A DNA stretch of 63,284 nucleotides, counting the filler, from Lenisia limosa (lineage: Eukaryota; Protista; Breviatea): the NCBI GenBank assembly GCA_001655205.1. It is 8 parts of 8 records of this genome, joined end to end, with 100 filler letters (N's around TTAATTAATTAA, not from the genome) between each part and the next. Parts side by side here need not be neighbours in the genome. Positions count along the whole stretch, not along the records: positions 46,591 to 63,284 come from LPNZ01011716.1; 7 more parts are not named here. One strand, written 5' to 3'. The notes beneath the pieces are model-generated. The model had not been told where the DNA came from, ran no database searches, and saw nothing but the letters and a program-made list of their open reading frames with translations. Shown here piece after piece: positions 60,699 through 63,284 of the stretch (within the stretch, counting starts at the first letter, position 1; the number at the start of each line of letters is the position of its first letter). Position numbers and translations under genes: made by a program.

Positions 60699-60789
60699 TC
60701 CCTTATAGTGTAGTCGGTAACACTGTTGGCTTTCAAGTTCTTCGGAACAAAGCCCCCAGCCACCCCGGGTTCGATTCCCGGTGAGGGAG
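60699..60789 (+). tRNA. trnE-UUC: tRNA-Glu(UUC) with a 19-nt intron (60736-60754)
   Basis: Acceptor TCCCTTA/TGAGGGA, D stem GTGT/ACAC, anticodon stem GTTGG/CCAGC, spliced loop CT-TTC-AC, T arm CCGGG-TTCGATT-CCCGG. Discriminator G; mature length 72 nt. Confidence 0.95.
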
Positions 60790-60790
60790 A

Positions 60791-60798
60791 TTTTTTTT
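60791..60798 (+). terminator. Pol III oligo-T terminator
   Basis: T run 2 nt after the tRNA discriminator. Confidence 0.85.
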
Positions 60799-61021
60799 TA
60801 TCTTTTTTCTTTTTTTTTTCATGTGCGAATTTCTGGGATACAAGAATCATATGGACAAAATACGCTGTAGCGGTACCGTCGTACACCGCCATGGAAAATA
60901 CGTCACCGTGCGTACACCGCCGCTTTTATCAACCACCAGAGTGCTGGCGAACATATTTTGCCCGGGGGACTGTGTTTCCCTGGTGAATTATGGACGATGG
61001 GATTAAATAAAGGGAAATTTG

Positions 61022-61158
61022 TAGGGCTCCGTGCAATTAATTGGAAAATTGATTGAAAAATTTGAAGTGAGGAGACATATTGTCATTGGAACTCCATTTC
61101 AGACTCATTTCAAATTTTGTCAATTAATTCTTCAAAAAATTAATTGCACGGAGCCCTA
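61022..61158. mobile_element. Family G hAT-type MITE with 20-bp TIRs and perfect 8-bp TSD
   Basis: GAAATTTG-TAGGGCTCCGTGCAATTAAT...ATTAATTGCACGGAGCCCTA-GAAATTTG. Confidence 0.93.
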
Positions 61159-61317
61159 GAAATTTGATTAATATGAATAGAAGCATACAGATAATCAGAT
61201 AATTGATAGAGAGGGGGAGGCGGTCAGATGAGAATTGATGGAGAGGGGGGAGGCGGTCAACTACCAAAAAGCAAAAACAAAAAAACCCTCTTCCTCCCTT
61301 TATCATTTAAAGAAATG

Positions 61318-61405
61318 AGAAAGAGAAAACTATATGTAGAATCTGGCCGAAGCCATCTACACCATCACGCTTTTAGGAGATATTAGAAGAATAGGACAGT
61401 ATTAA
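61318..61405 (-). repeat. Family C dispersed repeat
   Basis: Reverse complement reads AAGCGTGATGGTGTAGATGGCTTCGGCCAGATTCTAC. Confidence 0.75.
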
Positions 61406-61779
61406 TTGGAGCTTGATCCCCTTGCTCTTTGTACGGAATTAGAACCTCTCCGGGGGTAAGAAAAAACAAAGGGAAAAAAAAACCAAAAAAAAANNNNNNN
61501 NNNNNNNNNNNNNNNNNNNNNNNNNNNNNNNNNNNNNNNNNNNNNNNNNNNNNNNNNNNNNNNNNNNNNNNNNNNNNNNNNNNNNNNNNNNACAATCCCA
61601 AAAGTTTTTAAAAAAATATATTTGTATATACTACGAAAAAAGACAAAAAACGGACTGGATGTCGAAAAAAACAGTGGCGGTGTACGGTTTTCGTGTTTTC
61701 AATAGTGGCGGTGTATGGTGTACGGTGGTGAAACATTTTGGAGAGTGCTCACCCCCATTTTTTGTAGCTCCTCCTCACT

Positions 61780-63284
61780 TGGTAAAAAAATGGTAAAGCA
61801 GGCTGCGCGGCTGCAACGGTGTTGGGGTGTTGGTGCTGTATTGAAGTATTGAATTGTTGAATTGTATTATATTGAAACCCCCCTTCAGCTCCCCTTCCCC
61901 TAATAAACCCAAACGAGTAAAAAAAAAAATTAAAATATATAATATGTATATTCAAGCACTTAATAATCATCATCGGGGTTACAAACAATCAGTTCCGCCC
62001 ATTCAATCCTGCTTTTCGAGAGGGTTTCTTCAAAGATTCCCCCTCGGCCTCCGAAACGGAGGTCCAAATTTCCAAATGATGGACGCATTGGAGAAATAGA
62101 TTCTCATTGGCGAATGAAGCAGATTTATTTGGACAAAAATCAGGTCTCCAAACGAGTTGACGGCGACTTCCTCAACAAGTTCATCAGCGTCTTATTAACA
62201 ATAAATACAGGTAGACCTGTTGAAAAATGAAATATCTATCAGAACCTATGATTGTTGCTCTCAACAAAGAAATTCAACTACGTCCTCGTAACAGCCATAC
62301 CTCCAAAAAATATTCCCCTAATACAAGAACAATTTTCACAGAGTAAACAAAACTCATACGCCGCCAATGAGTTTGCTTGAATCTAAAAAGGTTAACATCA
62401 GTTGTAAAAAGTGAAAACATCACATAACAACCGATACAGGCTATGACCTCGGCTCAGGTCATGTATGTGCCGTCTTCATCCATATTTTCAAGGTAGCTTC
62501 GATAGCCGAGGTAGGCAGGGCACTAGGAGTGGTACATTTCAGAGTGCCTCCCTATACGGGCGACGACGTCAAGGTATTTGAACCGCGCTTTGAAAAGCCA
62601 AAGGGGGGTGGGGGAGTTGCTTCTAGTAGGCGAGTAAGGTTAAGAAGTAGTCACCATCCAAGGGGGCTTGAGTGGTGAGCAAACCACCACATAAAAACAA
62701 CCAACTCCTCTTGATTGCTCATCTCTTCCCCAAAACAGTGGAAAAGCAGCTATCAGCGCGGTTTTTAAGTCGTGTTCCTCTTGGTGAATTCAAAAATGGC
62801 TTNNNNNNNNNNNNNNNNNNNNNNNNNNNNNNNNNNNNNNNNNNNNNNNNNNNNNNNNNNNNNNNNNNNNNNNNNNNNNNNNNNCATTTTCTCATTGTGT
62901 TTATTTGCATCCCCCTTTCAACTTGTTTTATGCTATGCTTCGATAACACAATTCCAGGTACATTCTCAATTTCCCTGGCCTGGTGCACTTCCACTTTGTG
63001 AACAGGATGTCATCGACTTCTTACTCCCCTGACTTTGCACCTCTCACACCTGCAACATTAGTGTAAGAAGGACCTGTCTGAATTATTCGAATAACTTTGG
63101 TTGATTTCAGTATTTAGCCTACCCTCAACCTTCTAGCAGCGATATCTGTGGTTGCCTTTTGAGCAATACTAGTATTTTGTTACCATATACTGGATCCTTG
63201 TTGACCTTAGGTTACGTCGCCCTTTGTTGCCTCGAGCTACTTGCATATTCTGATTTCTGAAGGCGTGAGCCCAGACCCGCTACT
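61780..63284 (-). CDS. 3' part of a hypothetical multi-exon gene entering from the window edge
   Basis: Open minus-strand segments KARFKYLDVVARIGGTLKCTTPSALPTSAIEATLKIWMKT, DADELVEEVAVNSFG and SFGNLDLRFGGRGGIFEETL. Confidence 0.35.

Overview
Gapped draft scaffold from an intron-rich microbial eukaryote (an amoebozoan-like protist is my inference). It has many N gaps and seven artificial TTAATTAATTAA linkers. Spliced by eye, the window holds about 20 protein-coding loci. Recognisable ones are a C19 ubiquitin-specific protease, PUS10, an LRR region that may be fused to acyl-CoA oxidase, YKT6, AHA1, a CCDC174-like gene, a TetA/MFSD10-type MFS transporter, a CELF RNA-binding protein, an SLC35/DMT transporter and phospholipase B-like. 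There are also a 62-aa tail-anchored microprotein, several orphans and one intron-containing tRNA-Glu(UUC). Introns and intergenic DNA carry at least six short dispersed repeat families: two hAT-type MITEs with 8-bp TSDs, a Tc1/mariner-like palindromic MITE, a long-TIR element, an unclassified element, and one family whose pyrimidine-rich end repeatedly forms or abuts 3' splice sites. No transposase, CRISPR array or rRNA was seen. Gene boundaries are manual splice reconstructions and partly approximate.
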